This document shows positions 1 through 7,898 of a DNA stretch of 32,000 nt, in pieces. The translations under genes and the position numbers were made by a program. The DNA is from Geobacter sulfurreducens PCA (GTDB taxonomy: Bacteria; Desulfobacterota; Desulfuromonadia; Geobacterales; Geobacteraceae). The stretch lies in assembly GCF_000007985.2 (NCBI RefSeq), contig NC_002939.5:390001-422000 (forward strand), in the 5' to 3' direction. Positions within the stretch are counted from its first letter, which is position 1; every line of letters begins with the position of its first letter. Below the pieces are notes generated by a model that saw only the letters and a program-made list of their open reading frames with translations, had not been told where the DNA came from and ran no database searches.

Positions 1-1182
1 AGATGCTCCCGTTACGAAGTAGGGGGCAAGATCGGCCAGGGTGATGGTCTCGCCCATCGACAGGGCCACGCCTCGCTCAATGGCATTCTCCAACTCCCGG
101 ACGTTCCCCGGATAGTCATAGTCCAGGAGTGCCTTGCGGGCGTCTGGGGCGATGCAATGGACCGGTTTGCGCATCCGCTCTGCGTAGACGGACAGAAAGT
201 GCTCGGCCAAGGGGAGAATGTCTTCACGGCGCTCCCGGAGCGGCGGCAGATGGATGGGAATGACGTTGAGGCGGTAAAAAAGGTCTTCCCGAAAGGCCCC
301 GCGCTCGACTTCCCTGCGCAGATCTTTGTTGGTGGCAGCGATGATCCGCACATCAACGGCGATCTCGCGGTTGCCTCCGATCCGCTCCAGGGTCTTTCCC
401 TGGATTACGCGCAACAGCTTTGCTTGGGCGGCCAGGGGCATCTCGCCGATTTCGTCGAGGAAAATGGTTCCCAGGTGGGCCTGTTCGAATTTCCCCTTGC
501 GTTCCCGCACCGCCCCCGTGAATGCTCCCCGCTCGTGGCCGAAAAGTTCCGATTCCAGAAGCGTTTCCGGGAGGGCGGCGCAGTTTACCTTGACGAAGGG
601 ATTCTTGTGGCGCGGGCTCATCTGGTGAATGGCACAGGCCACCAGTTCCTTGCCTGTCCCGCTTTCGCCGGAGATGAGGATGGTGGAATCAAGGGCTGCC
701 GTAGCCCTGATCATGTGGAACACCGGTTCCATGGCATGACTTTTTCCGATCATTCCGCCGCAGGCGAAGTCGGCGCGTACCTGCTCCCTCAAGGAGTTGT
801 TTTCCTCCTTGAGGAGCTCTTTCTCGGTGATGTCCCGCGAGATCAGGAGAGTCCCCTCGTAGATCCCGTTCTCGTTTCGGATGGGGTAGTAGCTGTTTTC
901 GAAGATCTTTTCCCTTACGTGGATCACTCGGGTGGAAAAAGGGATGTCACCCCCCTTGAGCCCGGCGATGAGCCGACGGATGCGCCCTTCGGACGCGGGT
1001 GAGTGAATGGAGACGATGCTCCGCCCCAGATAGTTGCCGGCGATGATTCCGCGGATATCCTCGGCGGCCGCATTGATATAGCGGATTCTGTCGTCTGCGT
1101 CGGCGAAGATGATCCCCTCTCCCATGCTGGCGAGAATTGCCCGAAAAACGGGCAAATGAAGCGGCTGTGGTTCAGTGCGCAC
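1..1182 (-). CDS. sigma-54-dependent transcriptional activator with N-terminal PAS-like sensor domain; partial, the C-terminal HTH lies left of the window
   Basis: Absent from the ORF track because it has no stop in the window. The reverse-strand frame ending at base 1 is open from 1182 to 1. Hand translation gives (V)[42 protein letters not shown] (PAS-like), ...[21 protein letters not shown] (Walker A; K codon = rc of 649-651), ...[15 protein letters not shown] (GAFTGA sigma-54 contact motif), ...[18 protein letters not shown]. The GTG at 1182-1180 lies 6 nt after GGGAGGA (rc of 1189-1195). An in-frame ATG at 1125 is the alternative start. Confidence 0.85.
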   Translation of the reverse strand, partial: MRTEPQPLHLPVFRAILASMGEGIIFADADDRIRYINAAAEDIRGIIAGNYLGRSIVSIHSPASEGRIRRLIAGLKGGDIPFSTRVIHVREKIFENSYYPIRNENGIYEGTLLISRDITEKELLKEENNSLREQVRADFACGGMIGKSHAMEPVFHMIRATAALDSTILISGESGTGKELVACAIHQMSPRHKNPFVKVNCAALPETLLESELFGHERGAFTGAVRERKGKFEQAHLGTIFLDEIGEMPLAAQAKLLRVIQGKTLERIGGNREIAVDVRIIAATNKDLRREVERGAFREDLFYRLNVIPIHLPPLRERREDILPLAEHFLSVYAERMRKPVHCIAPDARKALLDYDYPGNVRELENAIERGVALSMGETITLADLAPYFVTGAS

Positions 1183-1285
1183 GGTAAGTCCTCCCGAATG
1201 TTACTTGATCGTAACACGGCAACGATTTCGACTCCACTATTTTCCCGTGATTAGGGACGAGAAAGTCGCGGCAGCCGCCTGTCGG

Positions 1286-1313
1286 TTGACATTGACCCCT
1301 CGTGGCGTATAAT
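1286..1313 (+). promoter_or_regulatory. near-consensus sigma-70 promoter for the OmpA-family gene
   Basis: TTGACA (1286-1291), 16-nt spacer, TATAAT (1308-1313). It sits in the divergent intergenic region and predicts a ~120-nt leader before the ATG at 1442. Confidence 0.6.
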
Positions 1314-1441
1314 TGTGCCCAATCAATGAACAGTAGTCACATCACCATGTCATGAGCAGCGACTGTACGGTTCAGGGCTGTGTCGTTCCGACGCGGGCAG
1401 TGAGCCGTCACGCAGCATCTACTACTCAAAGGAGGTCATCA

Positions 1442-2731
1442 ATGAAGCAACGAATCGTGCCCGGACTGCTTGCCTTGGCCGCGATAGCCGTCACGGCCGC
1501 GCCAACACTCGCCGAAAACAGGAGCGGAGCAGGGTACATCTCTCCCTTTGTGGGCGGCTACACGTTTGACGGCGCACAACACCTGAAAACCCGTCCGACT
1601 TTCGGCCTGAGAGGCGGCTACAACCTGGACAAGAACTGGGCCGCTGAACTGCTCTTCGGGTATGTCCCCACCAAGCAGAGCAGGGGGCAGGGAAATGACG
1701 CGGATGCTTACCGTTACGGTCTCGACGTCCTCTATAACTTCATGCCCGACAGCGCTCTGGTGCCGTTCCTCGCCGTAGGCGGCGGCGCATCCACCATCGA
1801 TCACTCCGAAGGGGTGAGCGACGAGCACGAGCAGTATGTGAACTACGGTGGCGGCCTCAAATACTTCCTGACCGATAATTTCGCACTTCGTGGCGACGTG
1901 CGGCACATCTACATGCTCGGCCCCGAAAACCACAATTTTGAGTACACGGTGGGACTCAACTACCTCTTTGGCGGTGAGCGCCCCGCGCCGGCCAAGGTTG
2001 CTGCACCTCCCGAGCCGCCTAAGGCCGTCGAGCCCCCGCCTCCGGCCCCCGCGCCCAAGAAAGAGATTGCACCGCCTCCTCCGCCTCCGGCTCCTGCACC
2101 CAAGGATACGGACGGTGACGGGGTAATCGATGACCTGGACAAGTGCCCCGATACCCCTGCGGGCGTGAAGGTCGATAGTGTCGGTTGTCCTCTCGATACG
2201 GACAAGGACGGCGTTTACGATTACCTGGACAAGTGCCCCGGCACCCCTGCCGGCGTGAAGGTGGACAGCGTTGGTTGTCCTCTCGATACTGACGGCGACG
2301 GCGTCTATGACTATCTGGACAAGTGCCCCGACACGCCCAAGGATCTGGCGGTCGACGCAAAAGGTTGCCCCGAGCGCATCTGCATCACTCTCGGCGTTCA
2401 GTTTGACACCGACAAGGCCGTGGTCAAGCCTCAGTACAATGATGAGATCAAGAAGGCCGCCGACTTCCTGAAAGAGTACCCCGACGCGACCGCCGTCATT
2501 GAAGGGCACACCGACAGCGTCGGAAGCGATGCTTACAATCAGAAGCTTTCGGAGCGGCGTGCCAAGGCGGTCATGAAGTATCTGGTCGACAAGTTCGGTA
2601 TCAGCGCCAAGCGTCTCTCGGCCAAGGGCTTCGGCGAGTCCAAGCCGATTGCCGACAACGCTACCGAAGAAGGTCGGTACAAGAACCGCCGGGTTGTGGC
2701 GGTCATCGACTGCGGTATGAAGAAACGCTGA
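1442..2731 (+). CDS. OmpA-family outer membrane protein: N-terminal beta-barrel, Pro-rich linker, three thrombospondin-type-3 Ca-binding repeats, C-terminal OmpA peptidoglycan-binding domain
   Basis: ATG at 1442 lies 6 nt after AAAGGAGG (1428-1435) and opens a signal peptide, MKQRIVPGLLALAAIAVTAAPTLA. The track start at 1352 adds 30 non-signal residues. Linker: PAPAKVAAPPEPPKAVEPPPPAPAPKKEIAPPPPPPAPAPK. Repeats: DTDGDGVIDDLDKCPDTPAGVKVDSVGCP. OmpA_C motif: GHTDSVGSDAYNQKLSERRAKAV...NRRV. Confidence 0.9.
   Translation: MKQRIVPGLLALAAIAVTAAPTLAENRSGAGYISPFVGGYTFDGAQHLKTRPTFGLRGGYNLDKNWAAELLFGYVPTKQSRGQGNDADAYRYGLDVLYNFMPDSALVPFLAVGGGASTIDHSEGVSDEHEQYVNYGGGLKYFLTDNFALRGDVRHIYMLGPENHNFEYTVGLNYLFGGERPAPAKVAAPPEPPKAVEPPPPAPAPKKEIAPPPPPPAPAPKDTDGDGVIDDLDKCPDTPAGVKVDSVGCPLDTDKDGVYDYLDKCPGTPAGVKVDSVGCPLDTDGDGVYDYLDKCPDTPKDLAVDAKGCPERICITLGVQFDTDKAVVKPQYNDEIKKAADFLKEYPDATAVIEGHTDSVGSDAYNQKLSERRAKAVMKYLVDKFGISAKRLSAKGFGESKPIADNATEEGRYKNRRVVAVIDCGMKKR
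2105..2374 (+). repeat. three tandem 90-bp (30-codon) units inside the OmpA-family gene, encoding TSP3-like repeats
   Basis: Units start with GATAC(G/T)GAC at 2105, 2195 and 2285. Units 1 and 2 are nearly identical at DNA level (ctggacaagtgcccc...gtcggttgtcctctc). Unit 3 diverges in its second half. Confidence 0.85.
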
Positions 2732-2756
2732 TCTGCTGCTTCCCGGAAAGGAAAAA

Positions 2757-2782
2757 CGGCGCGTTGCTCAGGCAACGCGCCG
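2757..2782. terminator. bidirectional intrinsic terminator hairpin between convergent genes
   Basis: 11-bp perfect stem cggcgcgttgc (2757-2767) / gcaacgcgccg (2772-2782) with loop tcag. On the + strand it is followed by tgtgtatt. On the - strand it is followed by tttttcctttcc, the better U-tract. Confidence 0.6.
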
Positions 2783-2841
2783 TGTGTATTGGTTGCTGGC
2801 GAGGCCCAATTCGATGCCTTGCCCATTCGCGATGCCCGCGG

Positions 2842-3735
2842 CTATTTCCCCTCGCCTGACGGCTTCTCCTCGCTGGCGGGCAGTTCCAGCCCCGTCTGTT
2901 TAGCGACCTCGTCGACGAATTCCCTCAGTTTTTTCTGCTCCGCCTCCCCCTGCAGTTTGGAGCGCAGGGCATCCTTCACCTCGTCGAAGGGGAGGGCCCT
3001 TTTCTCCTTCCGTTCATCCACCTTGACGATGTGATAACCGAAGGGGCTCTCAACCAAGCCACTCATCTCGCCAGCCTTGAGGGCGAACACCGCCTTTTCG
3101 AATTCCTCGGAATTGGTTTGCCCGGGAGTGATGGCGCCGAGCAGGCCTCCTTCTTTTGCCGACTCGATGTCCTCGGATGCCTCCGCCGCCACGGCGGCAA
3201 AGTCTTCTCCCTTCTTCAGCCGTTCGAGCACTCCTTCAGTCTTTGTCTTGGCCGCTGCCTTGGCTTGGCTGTCGGCAGCGTCGGTGAACCCGATGAAGAT
3301 GTGCCGGACTATGGCCTGCTCAGGCATGACAAAGTCCTTGGCATGCTCCTGGTAATAGGCTCGCAGTTCTGCATCGGACACCTTCACGCCGGCAATGACG
3401 ACCTTGGTCAGGTATTCGCGGGCCAGGAAATCGTCCACAAAATAGCCGAGCCGCTCTCTCACCTCAGGCTTGCGGTCGAAACCGTCTTTTCTGGCTTTCA
3501 TGGCGATGGCACGGGTCTGCAGGATCTCCCGGGCCAGAAGGGACCGCTGCTCCGGATTTTTTCGGAGCTGCTGCTGTGCTTCGGCCGGCAGGGCATCGAT
3601 GAACCGATCCAGGTCCGCCTCTCGAAGGGTGAACTCGCCCGCCTTCCCCACCACGGGGTTGATTTCTTCCGCCCGAGATACGCCGGCTGCCAATGCCACG
3701 AGGAGCGCGCCCACCAGTAAAGTCCTTGAAGTCAT
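2842..3735 (-). CDS. periplasmic parvulin (PpiC)-type peptidyl-prolyl cis-trans isomerase, SurA/PrsA-like
   Basis: ATG at 3735 follows GAGGGAGGA and opens a signal peptide, MTSRTLLVGALLVALAAGVSRA. The track start at 3753 is 6 codons upstream. Rotamase region: VRHIFIGF...GGLLGAITPGQTNSEEFEKAVFALKAGEMSGLVESPFGYHIVKV. Confidence 0.85.
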   Translation of the reverse strand: MTSRTLLVGALLVALAAGVSRAEEINPVVGKAGEFTLREADLDRFIDALPAEAQQQLRKNPEQRSLLAREILQTRAIAMKARKDGFDRKPEVRERLGYFVDDFLAREYLTKVVIAGVKVSDAELRAYYQEHAKDFVMPEQAIVRHIFIGFTDAADSQAKAAAKTKTEGVLERLKKGEDFAAVAAEASEDIESAKEGGLLGAITPGQTNSEEFEKAVFALKAGEMSGLVESPFGYHIVKVDERKEKRALPFDEVKDALRSKLQGEAEQKKLREFVDEVAKQTGLELPASEEKPSGEGK

Positions 3736-3984
3736 GTGTCCTCCCTCTGTCATGATGGTGTGGAATGCGTATTCATGAGTTTATCCGACCTATTAGCACA
3801 GGCCTTGGGGAAAAGCCAGCGCCACTTGGGGCGTGCAGTGCCGTACCGCGGGGACAGGGCTCCGCAGCCTCCCGGTACCTTTCCTGCCTTCCATCTGCTC
3901 AACTGAGTTGTAAAACGATATTTTATTTGATAAGGTGTATACCACTTGCCGACAACGGCGATTACTTCACATCAAGGAGTTGTC

Positions 3985-4440
3985 ATGGCACAGGTGTTTG
4001 ATTTTACGCGACTGCGCAGGCTGACGATTATTCACGTATTTGTTCAGGCCTTTCTGCTGATTCTCCTTGTCGGCACCACTTCTGTGCTTCTCGGCAAGGT
4101 TCCGTCCCAGGTTTTCATGAACAGTGTCATCAGGGTCGTGGTGCTCCAACTGATCCTTTTTTATCCCGTGTACAAGCTCGCGGCTTCGGATGCGGAGCGT
4201 GAGGTGGCATCGGCCGTCACGGGGCTACCCGCCGAAGAGATGCAGGCCCTGCGCCGCAAGAGGGTATTCAGCGACATCCTCAAGGGCGCGCTGATCATCT
4301 TTTTTTTCACGTTCATCCTGAGGGCTCCCGGCGCCCCCCAGATCCAGTTCTCCATCCTCGCCGTCTTCCTCCTCTCCTACCTGGCCTACTTTCAGTGTTT
4401 CAACTCGGTCGCCAAGCGGCTCATGCGCGCCAAGAGCTGA
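3985..4440 (+). CDS. hypothetical integral membrane protein (about 4 predicted TM helices)
   Basis: ATG at 3985 lies 5 nt after AAGGAG (3974-3979). The track start at 3946 is TTG without an RBS. Hydrophobic segments: IIHVFVQAFLLILLVGTTSVLL, VIRVVVLQLILFYPVY, ALIIFFFTFIL, FSILAVFLLSYLAYF. I recognise no family. Confidence 0.6.
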   Translation: MAQVFDFTRLRRLTIIHVFVQAFLLILLVGTTSVLLGKVPSQVFMNSVIRVVVLQLILFYPVYKLAASDAEREVASAVTGLPAEEMQALRRKRVFSDILKGALIIFFFTFILRAPGAPQIQFSILAVFLLSYLAYFQCFNSVAKRLMRAKS

Positions 4441-4454
4441 GGTCAGCCGCGGCA

Positions 4455-6977
4455 CTATGGGGATGGAGGGGCCGCGAAGAAGTCAGCCATGGCCCCGAAG
4501 ACCTCCGCCGAAGAACCGGTCACGAGCCGCACGGGCGGCAGTGACCGGAGGAAATGCCCGCCGTAGTTTTTTGTCAGGACCCGACTGTCGAGGATGAGGA
4601 CCGCGCCCCGGTCCTCTCTGCTTCTGATCAGCCGTCCGAATCCCTGTTTGAACTTGATGACCGCCTGGGGAACCGTGTATTCCATGAAGGGGTCGCCCCC
4701 ACCGGCGGCGATGTGCTCGGCCCTGGCCTCCAGGACCGGTTCCGTGGGGACCCTGAAGGGGAGACGTGTGAGCGCCACCAGCTCCAGAGCCTTCCCCTGG
4801 ACGTCAACTCCTTCCCAGAAGGAGTCGGTGCCGAAGAGCACGGCGTTGGGCTCCTGCCTGAACCGGGCCAGGAGGTGGTGTCGGTTGACCTCTCCCTGGC
4901 GCAGCGGGGTGAGGCCTCGCCGTTTCAGTGTCTCGGCCATCCTGCCGAAAAGTTTTGCCAGCAGGTCGTAGGAGGTGAAGAGGACAAAGGCGTGCCCCTC
5001 CGAGATGGCCAGTCCCTGGTGAAGGGCCAGCTCCAGGGCTTCCTGGAAGCCGCGCGAGGCAGGTTCCGGGATATCGGCGGGGATCCCCACGAAGGCCTGG
5101 TGCTCGTAGTCGAAGGGGGAAGCCAGGAGGAGTTCGGTGACCCGATCCTGTTTCAGGAGCGCGATGCCGGTTCGTCTGGCCAGGTAGTCGAACCGCTCTC
5201 CCACCGCCAACGTGGCGGAGGTGACGACCACGGTCCGGAAGGCGTCGAAGAGAGTCCGCTTGAGGGATGCCGCCACCTCCAGAGGAGACGAGCAGAGCCG
5301 TACGACCATGCCATTCTTGCCCCGTTTCACCTCAAACCAGCGGCAAACCTCGCCCTCGCGGCCGATGAAGAAGATCAGGTCGCCGGCCACGGCTTCGAGC
5401 CTGCCGGTGATTCCCCGCAGGTCGATGAGGAGCCCGGCAAGCTTTTCCCGTACCTCCTCAGGAAGACGCACGCAGGCCGTGAGGACTCCTTTCAGTTCCC
5501 GCACGTAGTCGTTCATATCCGCGGCCAGTTCCCGCACCTCGTCGTCCACCACTCGCCAGAGTCGGCTGCCGAAGAGCGACGGCGTCACCCGCAGTTTCCG
5601 TTCGCCCGTCGTGCCCCCCCGTTCCGACAGGTGACCCACGAGGGCGATCCCGATGGCGTCCATGGCACGAGTGACGCCGTCGGTCAACTGCTGACGGCGA
5701 GGGATGAGGGTGCCATCGATCCGTTCGGCCAGTTCCCGGTAGAGTTCGTCGAGGGCTTCGGGCATCTCCCGGACAAGCCCTGCTGAAAACTGGGGCAGGA
5801 GCCCGCGCTGTGGCTTGCGCGGGTTCTGGAGTCTTCCCATGAGTTTTAACAGCCCCGTGCGGGAGACCTGGGCCGACAGGTGTCCCGTGGCCACGTCCTC
5901 CAAATGGTGCCCCTCGTCCACGATGAGCCGCTCGAAAGGGGGGAGGATGGCGGTGGAACGGTAGCCGGCCTCCTGGCGCAGGGCCAGATCGGCCATGAGG
6001 AGTGAGTGGTTCACCACCAGAAGATCGGCGCTGGCAGCCTGGCGTCGGGCGGAGTAAAAGAAGCAGCGGGCGTAGAAGGGGCAGCGGACCCGGCCGCACT
6101 GGTCGGCCTCGCAGGCCACCTCCTCCCACGCCTCCTCCTTGGGAATGAAGGAGAGATCACTCCGGCATCCTTCCCCAGTGGTCTCGCTCCAGGCGATGAT
6201 GGCCTCCAGCTCGCCGGCGGCGGGGTCATCGGCGAAGAGCGACGGCTCGGCCTTGACGGCGGCCAGTTTGCGGCGGCAGAGGTAGTTGGAGCGCCCTTTC
6301 ACGAGCACGGCCTTGAAGGATATGCCGGCGTGCTGCTGGAGAAAGGGAATGTCCTTGCGGGTCAGCTGTTCCTGAAGATTGATGGTGTTGGTGGAAACCA
6401 CCACCCGCTCTTGGTTGCGGATGGCCCAGAGAACGGCGGGGACCAGGTAGGCCAGCGACTTGCCTGTGCCTGTGCCCGCCTCGATGACCGCCACCCGGTC
6501 GTCGTTGAAGGCCTCGGTGACGCGGAACGCCATCCTGAGCTGCTCGTCCCGGTATTCGTAGCCGGGAAGATTGTCGGTGAGCACCCCGGCCGGCGCGAAG
6601 ATCCGCTCGATCTCCGGGAACGACAGCCGCTGGGTCTCCCGCCGGGCAAAGGGGGGAACCACCTGGTAGCAGTTCTCGGCCCGGTTGTCGATGATCGAGA
6701 AGCCCACCCCCTGGTTTCCCAGGAGCGAAGCGATCTCCACGTCGGCCTGGGAGGGGGTGAGGACGCCGGATGGATGGTTGTGGATCACCACGTCGCCGAA
6801 GCTGGTGGCAATCATGATGGCGGCCACGGCGTCCCGGTTGCCTCGGGCAAGGGGCTCCACCTCCACCACGAGGAGGTTCTCGTCCGTGCGCCCCAGGAAG
6901 AAAACCTCGTTGCCCCCGGCGTCGGCGATGGCCGCGCGCAGGTCGAGGATGGCCTGTTCCGAAAAGTAACGTTTCAT
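4455..6977 (-). CDS. dinG: DinG/XPD-family Fe-S ATP-dependent DNA helicase with an N-terminal JAB/MPN (RadC-like) domain
   Basis: N-terminal JAMM motif: VEVEPLARG...VVIHNHPSGVLTPSQADVEIASLL. Walker A: IEAGTGTGKSLAY. DEAH-variant: VDEGHHLED. Cys cluster: LCRRK...ACEADQCGRVRCPFYARC. C-terminal helicase_C_2-like region: FGTDSFWEGVDVQG...GFGRLIRSREDRGAVLILD. I place the start at ATG 6977 (MKRYFSEQ...) because the ppcB terminator (7024-7051) lies inside the longer ORF that starts at 7061. Confidence 0.85.
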   Translation of the reverse strand: MKRYFSEQAILDLRAAIADAGGNEVFFLGRTDENLLVVEVEPLARGNRDAVAAIMIATSFGDVVIHNHPSGVLTPSQADVEIASLLGNQGVGFSIIDNRAENCYQVVPPFARRETQRLSFPEIERIFAPAGVLTDNLPGYEYRDEQLRMAFRVTEAFNDDRVAVIEAGTGTGKSLAYLVPAVLWAIRNQERVVVSTNTINLQEQLTRKDIPFLQQHAGISFKAVLVKGRSNYLCRRKLAAVKAEPSLFADDPAAGELEAIIAWSETTGEGCRSDLSFIPKEEAWEEVACEADQCGRVRCPFYARCFFYSARRQAASADLLVVNHSLLMADLALRQEAGYRSTAILPPFERLIVDEGHHLEDVATGHLSAQVSRTGLLKLMGRLQNPRKPQRGLLPQFSAGLVREMPEALDELYRELAERIDGTLIPRRQQLTDGVTRAMDAIGIALVGHLSERGGTTGERKLRVTPSLFGSRLWRVVDDEVRELAADMNDYVRELKGVLTACVRLPEEVREKLAGLLIDLRGITGRLEAVAGDLIFFIGREGEVCRWFEVKRGKNGMVVRLCSSPLEVAASLKRTLFDAFRTVVVTSATLAVGERFDYLARRTGIALLKQDRVTELLLASPFDYEHQAFVGIPADIPEPASRGFQEALELALHQGLAISEGHAFVLFTSYDLLAKLFGRMAETLKRRGLTPLRQGEVNRHHLLARFRQEPNAVLFGTDSFWEGVDVQGKALELVALTRLPFRVPTEPVLEARAEHIAAGGGDPFMEYTVPQAVIKFKQGFGRLIRSREDRGAVLILDSRVLTKNYGGHFLRSLPPVRLVTGSSAEVFGAMADFFAAPPSP

Positions 6978-7023
6978 TGCCGTGAGGATACCGGAGCGGG
7001 GGAGGCGGGGGCAAGGGGATTCG

Positions 7024-7051
7024 CACGAAAAAGGGCGGATCGCTCCGCCCT
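7024..7051 (-). terminator. rho-independent terminator of ppcB
   Basis: On the - strand: AGGGCGGA-GCGA-TCCGCCCT followed by TTTTCGTG. The hairpin starts 22 nt downstream of the ppcB stop codon. Confidence 0.7.
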
Positions 7052-7073
7052 CTTCCTTCATGCCGGTGTCGGA

Positions 7074-7349
7074 TTACTTCTTGTGGCACTCGCCGCACTT
7101 GGTGGGGCCCTTTTTCATCTCCTCGTGACACCCCTTGCAGGACTTGCCGTGCGCCATCTCCTTGCCGAATCCCTCGATCTTGCCCGGCGTCTTGCCGTGG
7201 CATACGGCACAGTCGGGGACGATCGTCTGGTGTTTCTTGTGGTCAAAGGTGACGTTACCGTTCTTGGCGGTGAAGGTCATGGTGTCGGCGGCCAGGGCGG
7301 CGCCGGCGGCGAAGAGGGTGAGGGCCAGGGATGCGATCAGTTTTTTCAT
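7074..7349 (-). CDS. ppcB: periplasmic triheme cytochrome c7, PpcA family (PpcB)
   Basis: RBS AAAGGAGA 7 nt before the ATG. Signal peptide: MKKLIASLALTLFAAGAALA. Three CXXCH motifs (CAVCH, CKGCH, CGECH) in a ~71-aa mature protein. The mature sequence ADTMTFTAKNGNVTFDHKKHQ... matches my recollection of G. sulfurreducens PpcB. Confidence 0.95.
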   Translation of the reverse strand: MKKLIASLALTLFAAGAALAADTMTFTAKNGNVTFDHKKHQTIVPDCAVCHGKTPGKIEGFGKEMAHGKSCKGCHEEMKKGPTKCGECHKK

Positions 7350-7483
7350 GGTGATTCTCCTTTCGGGGGTGTGTGCGAAATCGCATGGTCCCAGTGTAGG
7401 AGGCCAGCGCCCTGTCCGCCATCGACATCTATCGCCGTGTCACCCGATGTCGGGTCCGCGACGGGTATGACATGCCGGTGAAA

Positions 7484-7771
7484 TCAATGGGTTGAGCCAC
7501 CCTTGTGGCAATCGCCGCAACGAACCGGTCCTATCTTCATTTCCTCGTGACACCCCTTGCACCCCTTGCCGTGAGCCATGACCTTGTCGAACCCGTCGAT
7601 CCTGCCCGGCCCCTTTTCGTGGCAGCCGCGGCATTCGCCGAGGGCGTCCTGGTGCTTTTTGTGAGGAAATACCACGGCACCGATCCGGGTCGGGTAGGTG
7701 ATCTTGTCGATGGCGCCGGCAGTGCCCGCCAGGATGATGAGAAGAGCTGCGGTTGCTGGAATGAATCTCAT
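7484..7771 (-). CDS. ppcC: periplasmic triheme cytochrome c7, PpcA family (PpcC)
   Basis: ATG at 7771 follows AAAGGAG. The track start at 7789 is a TTG that overlaps that RBS. Signal peptide: MRFIPATAALLIILAGTAGA. Three CXXCH motifs: CRGCH, CKGCH, CGDCH. The mature sequence IDKITYPTRIGAVVFPHKKHQDALGECRGCH... matches my recollection of PpcC. Confidence 0.93.
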   Translation of the reverse strand: MRFIPATAALLIILAGTAGAIDKITYPTRIGAVVFPHKKHQDALGECRGCHEKGPGRIDGFDKVMAHGKGCKGCHEEMKIGPVRCGDCHKGGSTH

Positions 7772-7883
7772 GGTCACACTCCTTTGCAAGTGAGTTCGTC
7801 AACGTGTGAGCCGGGGCGGGATCGCCGCCAGTGTTCCGTGGACGGGGACCTTCTCTCCATGGGGTTCTTTGCCGGCACAAAAC

Positions 7884-7898
7884 CTGTTACAATAACAG
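7884..7898 (+). promoter_or_regulatory. extended -10 promoter (TGtTACAAT) embedded in the inverted repeat CTGTTA-N3-TAACAG, immediately upstream of the XRE regulator gene
   Basis: TG at 7885-7886 and TACAAT at 7888-7893. Arms CTGTTA (7884-7889) and TAACAG (7893-7898) are exact reverse complements. The ATG is at 7902 with no Shine-Dalgarno sequence in between. Confidence 0.35.

Noticed and set aside
1439-2509. 356-aa - strand ORF opposite the OmpA-family gene
   Set aside because: It is antisense to a gene with a signal peptide, TSP3 repeats and an OmpA domain. It is Arg/Gly/Val-rich nonsense.
3765-4001. 78-aa ORF in the PPIase / membrane-protein intergenic region
   Set aside because: It has no RBS, its composition is odd, and it overlaps the RBS and start of the better-supported membrane protein gene. 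I treat it as non-coding.
4554-5786. 410-aa + strand ORF, plus other nested ORFs inside dinG
   Set aside because: It is antisense to a helicase with clear Walker A, DEAH and Fe-S motifs, and its composition is artefactual.
6006-7481. 491-aa + strand ORF spanning dinG, ppcB and the intergenic region
   Set aside because: It runs antisense through two real genes and straight across the ppcB terminator hairpin. Its sequence is low-complexity and it has no start context.
7816-7830. Sigma-54-like element TGGCGGCGATCCCGC (- strand) ~45 nt upstream of the ppcC ATG, with correct GG-N10-GC spacing
   Set aside because: Only the TGGC and GC core positions match; -12 is CCGC rather than TTGC. In GC-rich DNA, GG-N10-GC occurs often by chance. 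It is not reportable without a PWM score or a mapped TSS.
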